Shown piece by piece: positions 8,705 to 17,159 of a stretch of 64,000 bases of DNA (the first letter of the stretch is position 1; the number at the start of each line of letters is the position of its first letter). The position numbers and the translations under genes are program-made. Origin of the DNA: a virus; the IMG/VR virus record IMGVR_UViG_3300025383_000015, positions 36,325 to 100,324 of that record, one strand, 5' to 3'. The notes under the pieces were generated by a model, which worked only from the letters and a program-made list of their open reading frames with translations, ran no database searches and was not told the DNA's origin.

Positions 8705-9342
8705 CCGATTGCTCCTCGATGTTGTACCCACGTTGTGGCTTGTACCTTGTGCGGTAGTTCAATACCTAGTTCGTTTGATGCGTGCTTATACGCCTGCTCA
8801 AAATGCTTGTAACGACCCATAGCACTTAATCCAAGATCAACGTTTGCTTTTCCTGGCATGTTCTCTGGTGTGGCTGTGCCACGGAACGGAATACCTACCG
8901 CAATATCGTGAGCATGGCGATCAATCGTTACAGGGTTTGGATTGCTAGGATCAACAATGTTCTCGTAAAAACTACGGACTTTATGTCCACCAAGAACTGT
9001 GCGCGGATCTTCTCCTGCATGAATTCGTAATGCTTTGTTTAAGTTATCTTCTGTGTGTGATGCTGTACCGTGATGAAACAACTCGGTTGCTAAGTCAATG
9101 TTACGACCCCAACCAGTCTGGGGTGAAAGGGCTGCAATAACTCCTGCGCCTCTTTCTACATTTCCTTTTCCTAAAGTGTTTGCAATATCGTGAGCACGCT
9201 CGTACCACTCGTGTCCGCCTTTTAACATCTCTGGAGATGCTTGGCGATACTTGTCCATGATGTTACTTACATGGGCTTGAAACTGCTGTTGAGCAAGGTT
9301 CTTATCCCAACGACCGTGTGGATCTACGCCAAATTTAGCCAT
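8701..9342 (-). CDS. Conserved phage protein (DUF7178-like, remote HhH-glycosylase-like)
   Basis: WYERAH, GVIAALSPQ-x2-W-x2-N, KVRSFYENI, VTIDRH, VQATTW motifs. Confidence 0.55.
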   Translation of the reverse strand: MAKFGVDPHGRWDKNLAQQQFQAHVSNIMDKYRQASPEMLKGGHEWYERAHDIANTLGKGNVERGAGVIAALSPQTGWGRNIDLATELFHHGTASHTEDNLNKALRIHAGEDPRTVLGGHKVRSFYENIVDPSNPNPVTIDRHAHDIAVGIPFRGTATPENMPGKANVDLGLSAMGRYKHFEQAYKHASNELGIELPHKVQATTWVQHRGAIG

Positions 9343-9343
9343 G

Positions 9344-9877
9344 TTATGCCCACGCAGGTCTCAAGTAAGCAAGCATCGCTTGACGGCGTGCATTAATCTC
9401 TACAGGTTCGTTAGCCATTGTGTTGGCTTTACCATCGTTAACAAGGTGTGGAGCAGGAGCCAACTGGGTTTGTGGTGCAGCCCTTGGAACTTTAAATACC
9501 ATACCGCCATCAACATCAACCAACTTGGCTTTCATTTGACGCTTAAGACCGCTCTCCATGTTGACAGAGTCAGGCCAAAAATACATAGACGGCTCAATGC
9601 GCTCACCTTTGTGGACGCCACGTTGGTATGACTTCTGATTGACACGATTCTTGATTGAATCCAATAGGCGATCATCGCGACGTGAACGGATTGTGCCTAA
9701 ATAACCGTCAGGATATTCTGCTGATGGGATACGTCCAACACCAATACGAGACTGGTCTAAGGAATCGCGAGCAACAGGGGTACCAGCACCTGTTTGGTTG
9801 TTGTACCCATACATGCCACCAGCGCCAAGAGACTGCCAGTTCTGTTGCGGAGAAAAGTTGTTATAACCGCCAGCCAT
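9344..9877 (-). CDS. Hypothetical protein
   Basis: 177 aa; TAATG coupling; YPDGYLG and YQRGVHKGER segments. Confidence 0.75.
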   Translation of the reverse strand: MAGGYNNFSPQQNWQSLGAGGMYGYNNQTGAGTPVARDSLDQSRIGVGRIPSAEYPDGYLGTIRSRRDDRLLDSIKNRVNQKSYQRGVHKGERIEPSMYFWPDSVNMESGLKRQMKAKLVDVDGGMVFKVPRAAPQTQLAPAPHLVNDGKANTMANEPVEINARRQAMLAYLRPAWA

Positions 9878-10473
9878 TATTCACGACCGATCACTTTACG
9901 TTGCTTCATAGCGCGGTTTGTGTTGATTGTTTGAAGCACTTCACCAAACTTATGTCCAGAATCTGACGTCTTTTCCCAGTCTTTGTTCTGGTATTCAGAC
10001 TTGGTAAAACTTCCCTTGCCACCCTTCATATCAAGAGCGCCAGGACGGTAATTAGGATCTACATCGTTCTTACCAAATTGACCCATGTGAAGAAGAACTG
10101 CACCGCCGTTTGGTCCAACAGTTGCACCCTTTTTGTTTACTGGAGTGTGTGGCAATCCGTAGGATTCCATTTCACCAACAGTTGTACCCATGGAACGAGC
10201 AGCATTTGGCGTTGGAGCCTTTACTGAAATGTCTTGAGTACGTCCCCATGCTCCGTGAATTGCTCCAGGAACATTTGCTGCTACAGCAGCATTTTTATTG
10301 TGAAATGACCCAATGTCTTCACTCGTCAAATCGTGCTCTGAAGTATGTTCTGCTTCAGGAATTGCTGCAGTCATAAATCCACGACCAGTTACAGGCTCAC
10401 GGCTAAAATAGCCGATAGATCCGCCACCGTGCTCTTTAACGTGTGCAGCAAACTCATCGTTGCTTAGTGGCAT
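9877..10473 (-). CDS. Hypothetical protein
   Basis: 198 aa; AAGGAG RBS. Confidence 0.75.
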   Translation of the reverse strand: MPLSNDEFAAHVKEHGGGSIGYFSREPVTGRGFMTAAIPEAEHTSEHDLTSEDIGSFHNKNAAVAANVPGAIHGAWGRTQDISVKAPTPNAARSMGTTVGEMESYGLPHTPVNKKGATVGPNGGAVLLHMGQFGKNDVDPNYRPGALDMKGGKGSFTKSEYQNKDWEKTSDSGHKFGEVLQTINTNRAMKQRKVIGRE

Positions 10474-10475
10474 GG

Positions 10476-10715
10476 TTACTCCTTGACGTCTGGCAATGAA
10501 GATTTATTATCTTCAAATTTGTAAACTGTACCTGCAGTCTTTGCTGAGTATGGCATAGTACGTCCTTGACCCAAGGAACGGTTAGACCACGCTGTGGCTG
10601 CTCCGCTGCTTGTGTTCGTTGATGAACTCAAGGAAAGTGGTGCAGGTGTTTCTTCATGGTGCTGAAACATCTGTCCGCTTTTCATGTTTTCACCGAACTC
10701 GGACATTGACAACAT
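10476..10715 (-). CDS. Hypothetical Ser/Thr-rich protein
   Basis: Start reassigned to the ATG at 10715 (MLSMSEF), just after the upstream stop. Confidence 0.6.
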   Translation of the reverse strand: MLSMSEFGENMKSGQMFQHHEETPAPLSLSSSTNTSSGAATAWSNRSLGQGRTMPYSAKTAGTVYKFEDNKSSLPDVKE

Positions 10716-10716
10716 A

Positions 10717-11175
10717 TTAGTAAGACTCACCCATTGCAGCGTTGAAATCAGGTGCTTGACGTCCCATGACTGATGGGATTGTCTTTGCATTACGCATTGT
10801 TGCAGATGCTTCGATTGAGTGCACTGCTGGGAACTTAGCGCCAATCTCGTAGCGAGCGCCCATGCGTTCTGATTGCGCTGCTGAACCAGCAAGTTTGTTC
10901 TTGCGGTTAGCCTTGCCACCAGCAGTTGGATCTGCTGCCTGTGTGTTCTTGCGTGGACGTGACATTGTGTTGCCAGGTTCCGCAGATACATTCTCAAACT
11001 TGTTTGCTTCCATGCCCATATAACGGCGTGGTGAGTTCTTGTGCTCTGCTGAAGAGATTACGTCTTCTGGAGTTGGGATGTGAGATTTCATTGAGGCACC
11101 TGTCGCTTCGAGATGAGATGAAGGAGCACCCATGCGACGGCGCATCGCGTGTCCTAGTGATGTCCAAGATGGCAT
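10717..11175 (-). CDS. Hypothetical basic, low-complexity protein
   Basis: 152 aa; TAAGGAG RBS. Confidence 0.75.
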   Translation of the reverse strand: MPSWTSLGHAMRRRMGAPSSHLEATGASMKSHIPTPEDVISSAEHKNSPRRYMGMEANKFENVSAEPGNTMSRPRKNTQAADPTAGGKANRKNKLAGSAAQSERMGARYEIGAKFPAVHSIEASATMRNAKTIPSVMGRQAPDFNAAMGESY

Positions 11176-11211
11176 ATTGACTCCTTAGTTTGAGTCTATG
11201 ATACGGCGGTT

Positions 11212-11499
11212 TTAAGACGCTGTAATGTGAAATACGATGGCAGAAATTGCCCCATCACGAGAGTCGATGGTGGTAAATCCTGGCTTATCTGTTAGATCCA
11301 TGCCACGAGGTGCAACATAGCCACGAGCAATCGCAATTGCTTTTACTGCCTGATTTACGGCTCCAGCACCTACTGCACGAAGTTTTACTTCACGCTTGTC
11401 GTAGCATGCATGGGCGATCGCTGAGGCAACACTCTGAGGGTTGGAACTAGCGCTTACTTTGAGAAAATCTTCTCCAGATGGTGGAGTTGGTGTAGTCAA
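11212..11499 (-). CDS. spoVS: Stage V sporulation protein S homolog (Alba-like fold)
   Basis: LKVSASSNPQSVASAIA...AVGAGAVNQAVKAIAIARGYVAPRG is near-canonical SpoVS; TTG start. Confidence 0.9.
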   Translation of the reverse strand: MTTPTPPSGEDFLKVSASSNPQSVASAIAHACYDKREVKLRAVGAGAVNQAVKAIAIARGYVAPRGMDLTDKPGFTTIDSRDGAISAIVFHITAS

Positions 11500-11554
11500 T
11501 TTGTAGTCCTTTGTGTCGAGTTAGTGCGCCGCTCCCTACACAAAGGGTACATAC

Positions 11555-12142
11555 CTACAGTCTTGGTTGGTCCCTATACTTGGAATCTTCCATTTGTGTG
11601 ACTACTGCCTTTTCGACCGAATCAATTGAGATTTTTCCAACGAGCCTTGCTAAAGCGTACGAATCGGCTGCATTGTCGTCGTTGAATTCGATACCCCATC
11701 TTTTGTAGATTTGCAGCAGCATCTCTTGCTTTTTAGCGTTTCCTTTGCCTGATGCATACTTTTTCAATGTCATAGGAGGAACTTTTAGTGGGAACTTACG
11801 AGGGTCTTCTTCATCGTAATGGTCAAAAATAGTTAGACGGACAACAGCAGACAATTCTCCAAGAACAAGGGCTGCTTGACTTGCTAATACTGTTCCTTCT
11901 AATGCCAGGTCTTCAACATCCCAATGTTCATCCGCGTAGTAAAGGTTATCCGATAACCATTGACGAATATCTGCCAGTCTTTCAATCCCAAAATACGGGG
12001 ACTTGTATACCCATGTGATGTAATTGCTTGGAAGGGAAATGTCTAAAATCGTTAGGGCAAAACCCGTAAGGGACTGATCAATACCTATAGATACTTTTGA
12101 GCCTTTTGGTATTGGGTTACCTTCAATTAGTTTTGTTGGCAA
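11555..12142 (-). CDS. RuvC-like Holliday junction resolvase
   Basis: IGIDQSLTG, LALEG, LKKYASGKGNAKK, DDNAADSY. Confidence 0.85.
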   Translation of the reverse strand: MPTKLIEGNPIPKGSKVSIGIDQSLTGFALTILDISLPSNYITWVYKSPYFGIERLADIRQWLSDNLYYADEHWDVEDLALEGTVLASQAALVLGELSAVVRLTIFDHYDEEDPRKFPLKVPPMTLKKYASGKGNAKKQEMLLQIYKRWGIEFNDDNAADSYALARLVGKISIDSVEKAVVTQMEDSKYRDQPRL

Positions 12143-12698
12143 TTAGGTCATCCATTCGTTGTCGGACTAGTAACTCTAGATCCTGCATGGTTCCCTCGTT
12201 GCTTAAAACTTGGTCTACATCGTAACCCTCTAAATCATGCTCAGATATGTGACCATTAATTGCTTTTACTCCTGGACGTTCTACACGCCACAGTTGTCCA
12301 TTCATTTGTTTCAACATAGTTGCTTCGTTTTTAAACCGAACGTCGGTAATAACGTAATCCGTGTCTACGTCATGTAATTCCTGAAGAACAGAGATTACCC
12401 AAATATCTTCACCTAAAACTTTACGAGCACCTACTCCTAAGTCTTGAAGAATTCGACGAAGTTCTGGCTCTTTTACTTTAGCCCTGTCCCAACCTTTTTC
12501 GTCTACCCATTCCCTTAAATACACGGGATTAAATACGTCGTCGTAGTCATAACCTTCAACAATTGGATTTAATTCGTAGGCTAACTCACGAATTTTGTCA
12601 GCAAACGCTACACGAGTAAACCCGTACTCACTGACAAGGATACTTGCGACAGTATCCTTGCCAGATTGTGCGTAGCCAGTTAAACCTATGATAGCCAT
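12123..12698 (-). CDS. Deoxynucleoside monophosphate kinase
   Basis: IIGLTGYAQSGKDT P-loop, FAD, RRILQDLG, VITDVRFKNE, HISE. Confidence 0.88.
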   Translation of the reverse strand: MAIIGLTGYAQSGKDTVASILVSEYGFTRVAFADKIRELAYELNPIVEGYDYDDVFNPVYLREWVDEKGWDRAKVKEPELRRILQDLGVGARKVLGEDIWVISVLQELHDVDTDYVITDVRFKNEATMLKQMNGQLWRVERPGVKAINGHISEHDLEGYDVDQVLSNEGTMQDLELLVRQRMDDLIANKTN

Positions 12699-13582
12699 GG
12701 GAGAGAAATAAATTTTCCAGTCAAATAGGAATTATTTGTAGGTATAGATTTAGAAACCATCCAGTTGTAGGTTGATTGCCATGTTCCTTGATTGTTTAAC
12801 GCCCACCATGCAGACATTGCTGCTGTGGCATTTGATGTTCCTACCATGAACTTTGTAATACCTGTTGGCTCTTTTACATACCAACGAGCATTAAGATAAA
12901 AACTTGTTTGAGCGTTTCCATTGCTGTAATTAGCGATGGTTGGCTTGGCGTTAACATCGTAAGGCTTGCCTGATGATCCTGGATCTGGATTATCTGTTGC
13001 TCCTACAGAAACCACATCTGGCAAACATGCGATTGAGTTCATCATTGTTCTGTTGGAATTGTTACCTGTAGCAGCAATAACCGCCACGTTTGCAGCCTTA
13101 AGAGCCTCTACATCATCTGCTGTTCCAGTAGGAACCTGACAGCCAGCAAACAAGGCTCCTTGTGACACATTTACAACTGTAATGTTGTATTTTGCGTGGT
13201 TTGCAACCACCCAATCAAGTGCCATTTTTACGGCATTGTTTGTGTATAGGTACGGAACGTTAGGACTAACAATTCCAATAATACGAATAGGAATGATATT
13301 AACTGATGGATTTACTTTTTGGATAATAGAGACCATCTCATCTCCATGAACCAAGTTAGCGTTAGTTGCGGTGTTACCTGTATTTGCTGCGCCAATTCCA
13401 TCCATAAACTTTTGCCCATTAGGACATGTTCCATACTCAAGAATGCATACTTCGTCCACAATATGTGTGACTTGCGAGGTATTGATTCCTGAATCAATGA
13501 CTGCGATCGTTTGTGGTGCATCTGCATGTGCTGGGCTCATTAGCCCTAAAAGTAACGTTGATGCTAGTAATACTTTTTTCAT
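12686..13582 (-). CDS. Secreted subtilisin-like (S8) serine peptidase
   Basis: Signal peptide MKK-hydrophobic-PAHA; catalytic triad motifs VIDSG, HGDEM, GTSNA; oxyanion AATGN. Confidence 0.85.
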   Translation of the reverse strand: MKKVLLASTLLLGLMSPAHADAPQTIAVIDSGINTSQVTHIVDEVCILEYGTCPNGQKFMDGIGAANTGNTATNANLVHGDEMVSIIQKVNPSVNIIPIRIIGIVSPNVPYLYTNNAVKMALDWVVANHAKYNITVVNVSQGALFAGCQVPTGTADDVEALKAANVAVIAATGNNSNRTMMNSIACLPDVVSVGATDNPDPGSSGKPYDVNAKPTIANYSNGNAQTSFYLNARWYVKEPTGITKFMVGTSNATAAMSAWWALNNQGTWQSTYNWMVSKSIPTNNSYLTGKFISLPWLS

Positions 13583-14025
13583 ATGTCCCGCCTCATTCTC
13601 TCGGATGTTCTCCGAGTTATTTCCCTCGAAACTAGAGTGATGTCCCGCTCTTGATTGTTTAACAGCATCTCTAGCAATTTACGATAAGCATACTTCTCAT
13701 CGGCCACATCACGCAAACTGTTGATTTCTGGGTCGATGTCTATTTGCGCCTTCATAAGGGTCACTGTCATGCCTTTAGGGGCGTTCGTTACCTTGGTGAC
13801 CATAGCCATGCTTTCGGCGTACTCAACCTCTCGTATAGCCTTTTTTTCGGCAATTTGAGCCTGGGCTAACTGAGCGGCTATGTAGTCTGCCCATCCTGTA
13901 AGCACTGTAAACATCTCAGCCAGTTGTTCTCCTGTGAGAACTGTGATATCGGGAGGCAAAACCGCCTGATTGTAGGCAGGCTTTGGAAGGTCTACGCTTG
14001 TGCTGAGAGTGGGATCGAGTTGCAT
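13579..14025 (-). CDS. Hypothetical coiled-coil protein (possibly UvsY-like recombination mediator)
   Basis: 148 aa helical protein ending VSREITRR, inside the recombination cluster. Confidence 0.55.
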   Translation of the reverse strand: MQLDPTLSTSVDLPKPAYNQAVLPPDITVLTGEQLAEMFTVLTGWADYIAAQLAQAQIAEKKAIREVEYAESMAMVTKVTNAPKGMTVTLMKAQIDIDPEINSLRDVADEKYAYRKLLEMLLNNQERDITLVSREITRRTSERMRRDI

Positions 14026-14849
14026 GACTTACAACCTTTCTTAGGATCTACGTTACATTCAGGCATAGTGCCATCTTCAATATACTTGAGAATCTTTCGT
14101 ACTTTGTTAAACACTGGCTCTACAACTTCATAGTTAGCCTTGACTGTGAACTCTTTATACGATTGATCGGCCTTTAGTTCATACAAAAATACAATCTCAT
14201 TAGGGGCTTCACTGCTGAACATGCGCTTGGCTAGTTCTAAATACATCTGTCCTTGAAGCATGTGACTGCGAAATGGTCGTCGAATACTCTTAAACGCCTG
14301 AGTTACATCGTTATCAGCATCCAGTAATAACTCTGGCGCTTCAAATCGAAATGTGCCTGCACCAATAGATTTAATTTCAATGAGGCAATCGTCTCCGATG
14401 CCTTTGATCCAGCCATCAGTGTGTCCAGCAATTCGTAGTTCTTCATCTTTAAGGGTAACTTCTCTATATTCCATTGTCTTAGAAGTACCGCACTCATCAC
14501 ACTCAGGGGAAGTAGCAGTTGTCACTGTATTGCAGGCTACACACTGAAACTTTCCATAAAGAACTCCCATATCCTGAAAGCGCTTTTGCCACTTAGCGTG
14601 GATGTAATGTCCTTCATCAAAGATGTTCTGTAGTCGTAGGTTTGGTTTATCGATAGTCTTTTCTCCCCCTGTCATAAGGTGGTAAGAATATCGGTGGCAA
14701 AAATCATGCTTGATGATTTCAGACGGATGAAAAACAGTTGAAGATCGAGGCTCTGGCTCACGCTTAAGCATGTACCGCTCAACGTCTCCAAGCAAACGGG
14801 TTGGAACTTTCTTAGCGTCTAAAAATTTATCAAGCATTGAAGATGTCAT
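13992..14849 (-). CDS. Cas4-like PD-(D/E)XK exonuclease
   Basis: HPSE...C, GHYIH, GHTDG, IEIKS, QGQMY, C-terminal three-Cys cluster; internal CVAC...CDEC ribbon. Confidence 0.82.
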   Translation of the reverse strand: MTSSMLDKFLDAKKVPTRLLGDVERYMLKREPEPRSSTVFHPSEIIKHDFCHRYSYHLMTGGEKTIDKPNLRLQNIFDEGHYIHAKWQKRFQDMGVLYGKFQCVACNTVTTATSPECDECGTSKTMEYREVTLKDEELRIAGHTDGWIKGIGDDCLIEIKSIGAGTFRFEAPELLLDADNDVTQAFKSIRRPFRSHMLQGQMYLELAKRMFSSEAPNEIVFLYELKADQSYKEFTVKANYEVVEPVFNKVRKILKYIEDGTMPECNVDPKKGCKSCNSIPLSAQA

Positions 14850-14853
14850 GAGC

Positions 14854-15198
14854 CTATCTTTCCTGAGCGAATATGTAGTCCTTTAAAGTCAACGTAGTTT
14901 TACGAGACTTCTTATCTTTTCTGTACTTCCTGTGTAAGGCGTTTCGCTCACGATGGCTTAGGCCTCCCCAAATTCCGTGAGGTTCATCTCTACTTAATGC
15001 ATCCCACAAACAGTCGAGTCTAACAGGGCATGGATTCTTACCTGTTTCTCCAAAACAGTACACCTTTGCTTTTGCAGCAATTTCTTTGTACTTTTGTTTA
15101 TCTCTAGGGGGATAAAAAATATCTTCTTCTCCTTGAGATTTTGGAGCGGCTCCGTAACAACGAGCATTAGCCCACCAAGGTGTCTCGTCATCATTCAT
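14854..15198 (-). CDS. whiB: WhiB family transcription factor
   Basis: Four Cys (ARC, VYC, CPVRLDC) and GIWGGLSHRER. Confidence 0.9.
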   Translation of the reverse strand: MNDDETPWWANARCYGAAPKSQGEEDIFYPPRDKQKYKEIAAKAKVYCFGETGKNPCPVRLDCLWDALSRDEPHGIWGGLSHRERNALHRKYRKDKKSRKTTLTLKDYIFAQER

Positions 15199-15511
15199 GT
15201 GTCGTAAGTTTCTCCCGAAGTTCTAAGTAATCATCTTCGGTAAGAATGACGTAGTTTTTATCGTTCAAACTAAGACCGAAAACTGGCGTTCGACTTTCCA
15301 AGATTGCGTGAGTTACATTCTTTTCTAGGTCAATTGCTTTTAGTGTGTATGTTTTTTTACCTGTGTACTTGTGTTCGATAAGCAGATCGTCTGACCTAAC
15401 ATCTCCTTTTCGTGACCAAAAGGAACCTGAGCCAGCATTACGAGAACCGCCAATTGCTTTGGCTAATCTCTTTTCATGCTTTAACGATTGCTTTTGCCCT
15501 TCAGTCTTCAA
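15191..15511 (-). CDS. Hjc-like PD-(D/E)XK resolvase/endonuclease
   Basis: HEKRLAK, GSGS-x4-KGDV, LIEHK. Confidence 0.72.
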   Translation of the reverse strand: MKTEGQKQSLKHEKRLAKAIGGSRNAGSGSFWSRKGDVRSDDLLIEHKYTGKKTYTLKAIDLEKNVTHAILESRTPVFGLSLNDKNYVILTEDDYLELREKLTTHE

Positions 15512-15746
15512 GTTCGATCTTGCCTTCCTCGTAACCCTTTAGCAGTTTAGGTACAAGGAAAAACAATGCTTCTCTCCAAAAACATTGAGAACATCCACAA
15601 AATGGTTCTCCTGATTTTGTTTCAATAATCTCATCATCAGAACTTTCCCAAACAGCCTCAAAAAGCATGTCTGTGTACTCTTCGACGCCCTTCTCAAGTT
15701 CATGAGCCCAGTCAGAGTCATTGACAACAAATTCCTGCTTACTCAT
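15501..15746 (-). CDS. Hypothetical protein with CGCSQC motif
   Basis: Start reassigned to MSKQEF, overlapping the recA stop. Confidence 0.65.
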   Translation of the reverse strand: MSKQEFVVNDSDWAHELEKGVEEYTDMLFEAVWESSDDEIIETKSGEPFCGCSQCFWREALFFLVPKLLKGYEEGKIELED

Positions 15747-16785
15747 CGATTGATTCTCCCATAGGTAGGTCTGATGTTTCAAATACTTTCTTTTGGATTT
15801 CTTCCTTTAGGTCTACTTCTTCACGAATACTGGCGATAGCAGACTCAATACCTTGCCACTTGCGATCTCCGTAGTAGTACCATCCACCCTTACGAGTGAT
15901 GATGTCTTTTACCACTGCAAGTGAGGCTACTTCTTTTGCAAAGTCAAACTCTCCTGGAGCACATTCGCCACCTTCTGCAAAGTAAAAATCAAAGTAAGCA
16001 ACACGTTGTGGAGGGGCGCTCTTATTCTTGAGTGTTCTTACCTTAATACGTTGACCAACTCTAACTTTGTTGTTTCCTGAACCAACTTCAATCCACTCAT
16101 CACGCTTTACTTCGCAACGAGTAAAGAATGCGTAGTTCTTTCCTTCTCCACCAGGGGTAGTGCGAGGGTCACCGTGCATGACTCCGATCTTCATGCGGTA
16201 TTGGTTGATGATCAGACCAAGTACTGGTCGCTCATCTTCAACAAGTGAGCGCTTCATAGCAGTTCCTACAACGCGAAAAAACTTATTAGTGAGTAAAGCG
16301 CCCCGTCCCACAGTCGCTTCAGACATGTCCTTTTCCATTTCGGGTGCGGGAGACAGAGCAGGAAGAGAATCAATGACAATCGCATCAACAGATTTAGATT
16401 CCGCAAATTGAATAACGGCTTGATACGCCTCTTCCATGATTGAAGTTTCGACAACGATAACACGATCAGTATCTACCCCACACATCTCTGCGTATTCTGG
16501 AACCCATTGCTCTGCAGCAACCCATACTGTGGTGTGATCAGGATTTACTTGTTGATTTGCTGCAATCGTTTTAAGCGCAAGCGCTGTCTTGCCATGCGAC
16601 GGCTCACCAATGAGTTCGTTCCACTGGTTACCAGGAAAACCCCCTCCAAGAACATAATCAAGGGTAGTACTACCGCTAGTAATACGGGGAATAAGATCAG
16701 AGCGAATGTCACTTGCAAGAACAACAACGTTATCTCCAAACTTTTTGTTAAGAAGTGCGATAACTTTCTTTGCATCATCATTCAT
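15739..16785 (-). CDS. recA: RecA-like recombinase
   Basis: LDYVLGGG, GEPSHGKT Walker A, IVIDS, INQYRMKIGVMHGDPRTTPGG. Confidence 0.95.
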   Translation of the reverse strand: MNDDAKKVIALLNKKFGDNVVVLASDIRSDLIPRITSGSTTLDYVLGGGFPGNQWNELIGEPSHGKTALALKTIAANQQVNPDHTTVWVAAEQWVPEYAEMCGVDTDRVIVVETSIMEEAYQAVIQFAESKSVDAIVIDSLPALSPAPEMEKDMSEATVGRGALLTNKFFRVVGTAMKRSLVEDERPVLGLIINQYRMKIGVMHGDPRTTPGGEGKNYAFFTRCEVKRDEWIEVGSGNNKVRVGQRIKVRTLKNKSAPPQRVAYFDFYFAEGGECAPGEFDFAKEVASLAVVKDIITRKGGWYYYGDRKWQGIESAIASIREEVDLKEEIQKKVFETSDLPMGESIDE

Positions 16786-17159
16786 TAATTCACTCTTCCA
16801 ATAATGTTCTGTGGGTTGTAATTGTTTGTTGTGTCATTTCCTCGCGCTGCTTTAGCAGAGCCTTCAATATGTGCGCCTGCCAGTGATCCGTATTTACTAC
16901 CTGACTGTTCTACTGGATAACCACAATCCATGCAACGTGCTTTTGCACCCTGTACAGACATGTACTTATCTGAACCACAATCTGGACACGATCCCGTCTG
17001 TGTAGAACTTGGCAGTCGAGGACCTACAGGTGCTTGTGTTGGTTGAGGCATCTGTGTCATTGGCATCTGCGATGGGGCTATAGGCATATTTGCAGGACGT
17101 GGTTGAACTGCAGGCTGTTGTATTTGTGTACCTAACTTCTTGGCCCAAAAATCACTCAT
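16785..17159 (-). CDS. Hypothetical protein with Pro/Gln-rich N-terminus and zinc ribbon
   Basis: CPDC...CMDC. Confidence 0.7.
   Translation of the reverse strand: MSDFWAKKLGTQIQQPAVQPRPANMPIAPSQMPMTQMPQPTQAPVGPRLPSSTQTGSCPDCGSDKYMSVQGAKARCMDCGYPVEQSGSKYGSLAGAHIEGSAKAARGNDTTNNYNPQNIIGRVN

Noticed and set aside
10716-10997. Long N-terminal extension of the 10476 ORF
   Set aside because: It overlaps the 10717-11175 gene out of frame; the ATG at 10715 fits operon packing
13992-14849. Cas4-like gene as evidence of a CRISPR-Cas system
   Set aside because: No cas1/cas2 or array; stand-alone Cas4-like nucleases are common in phage recombination modules
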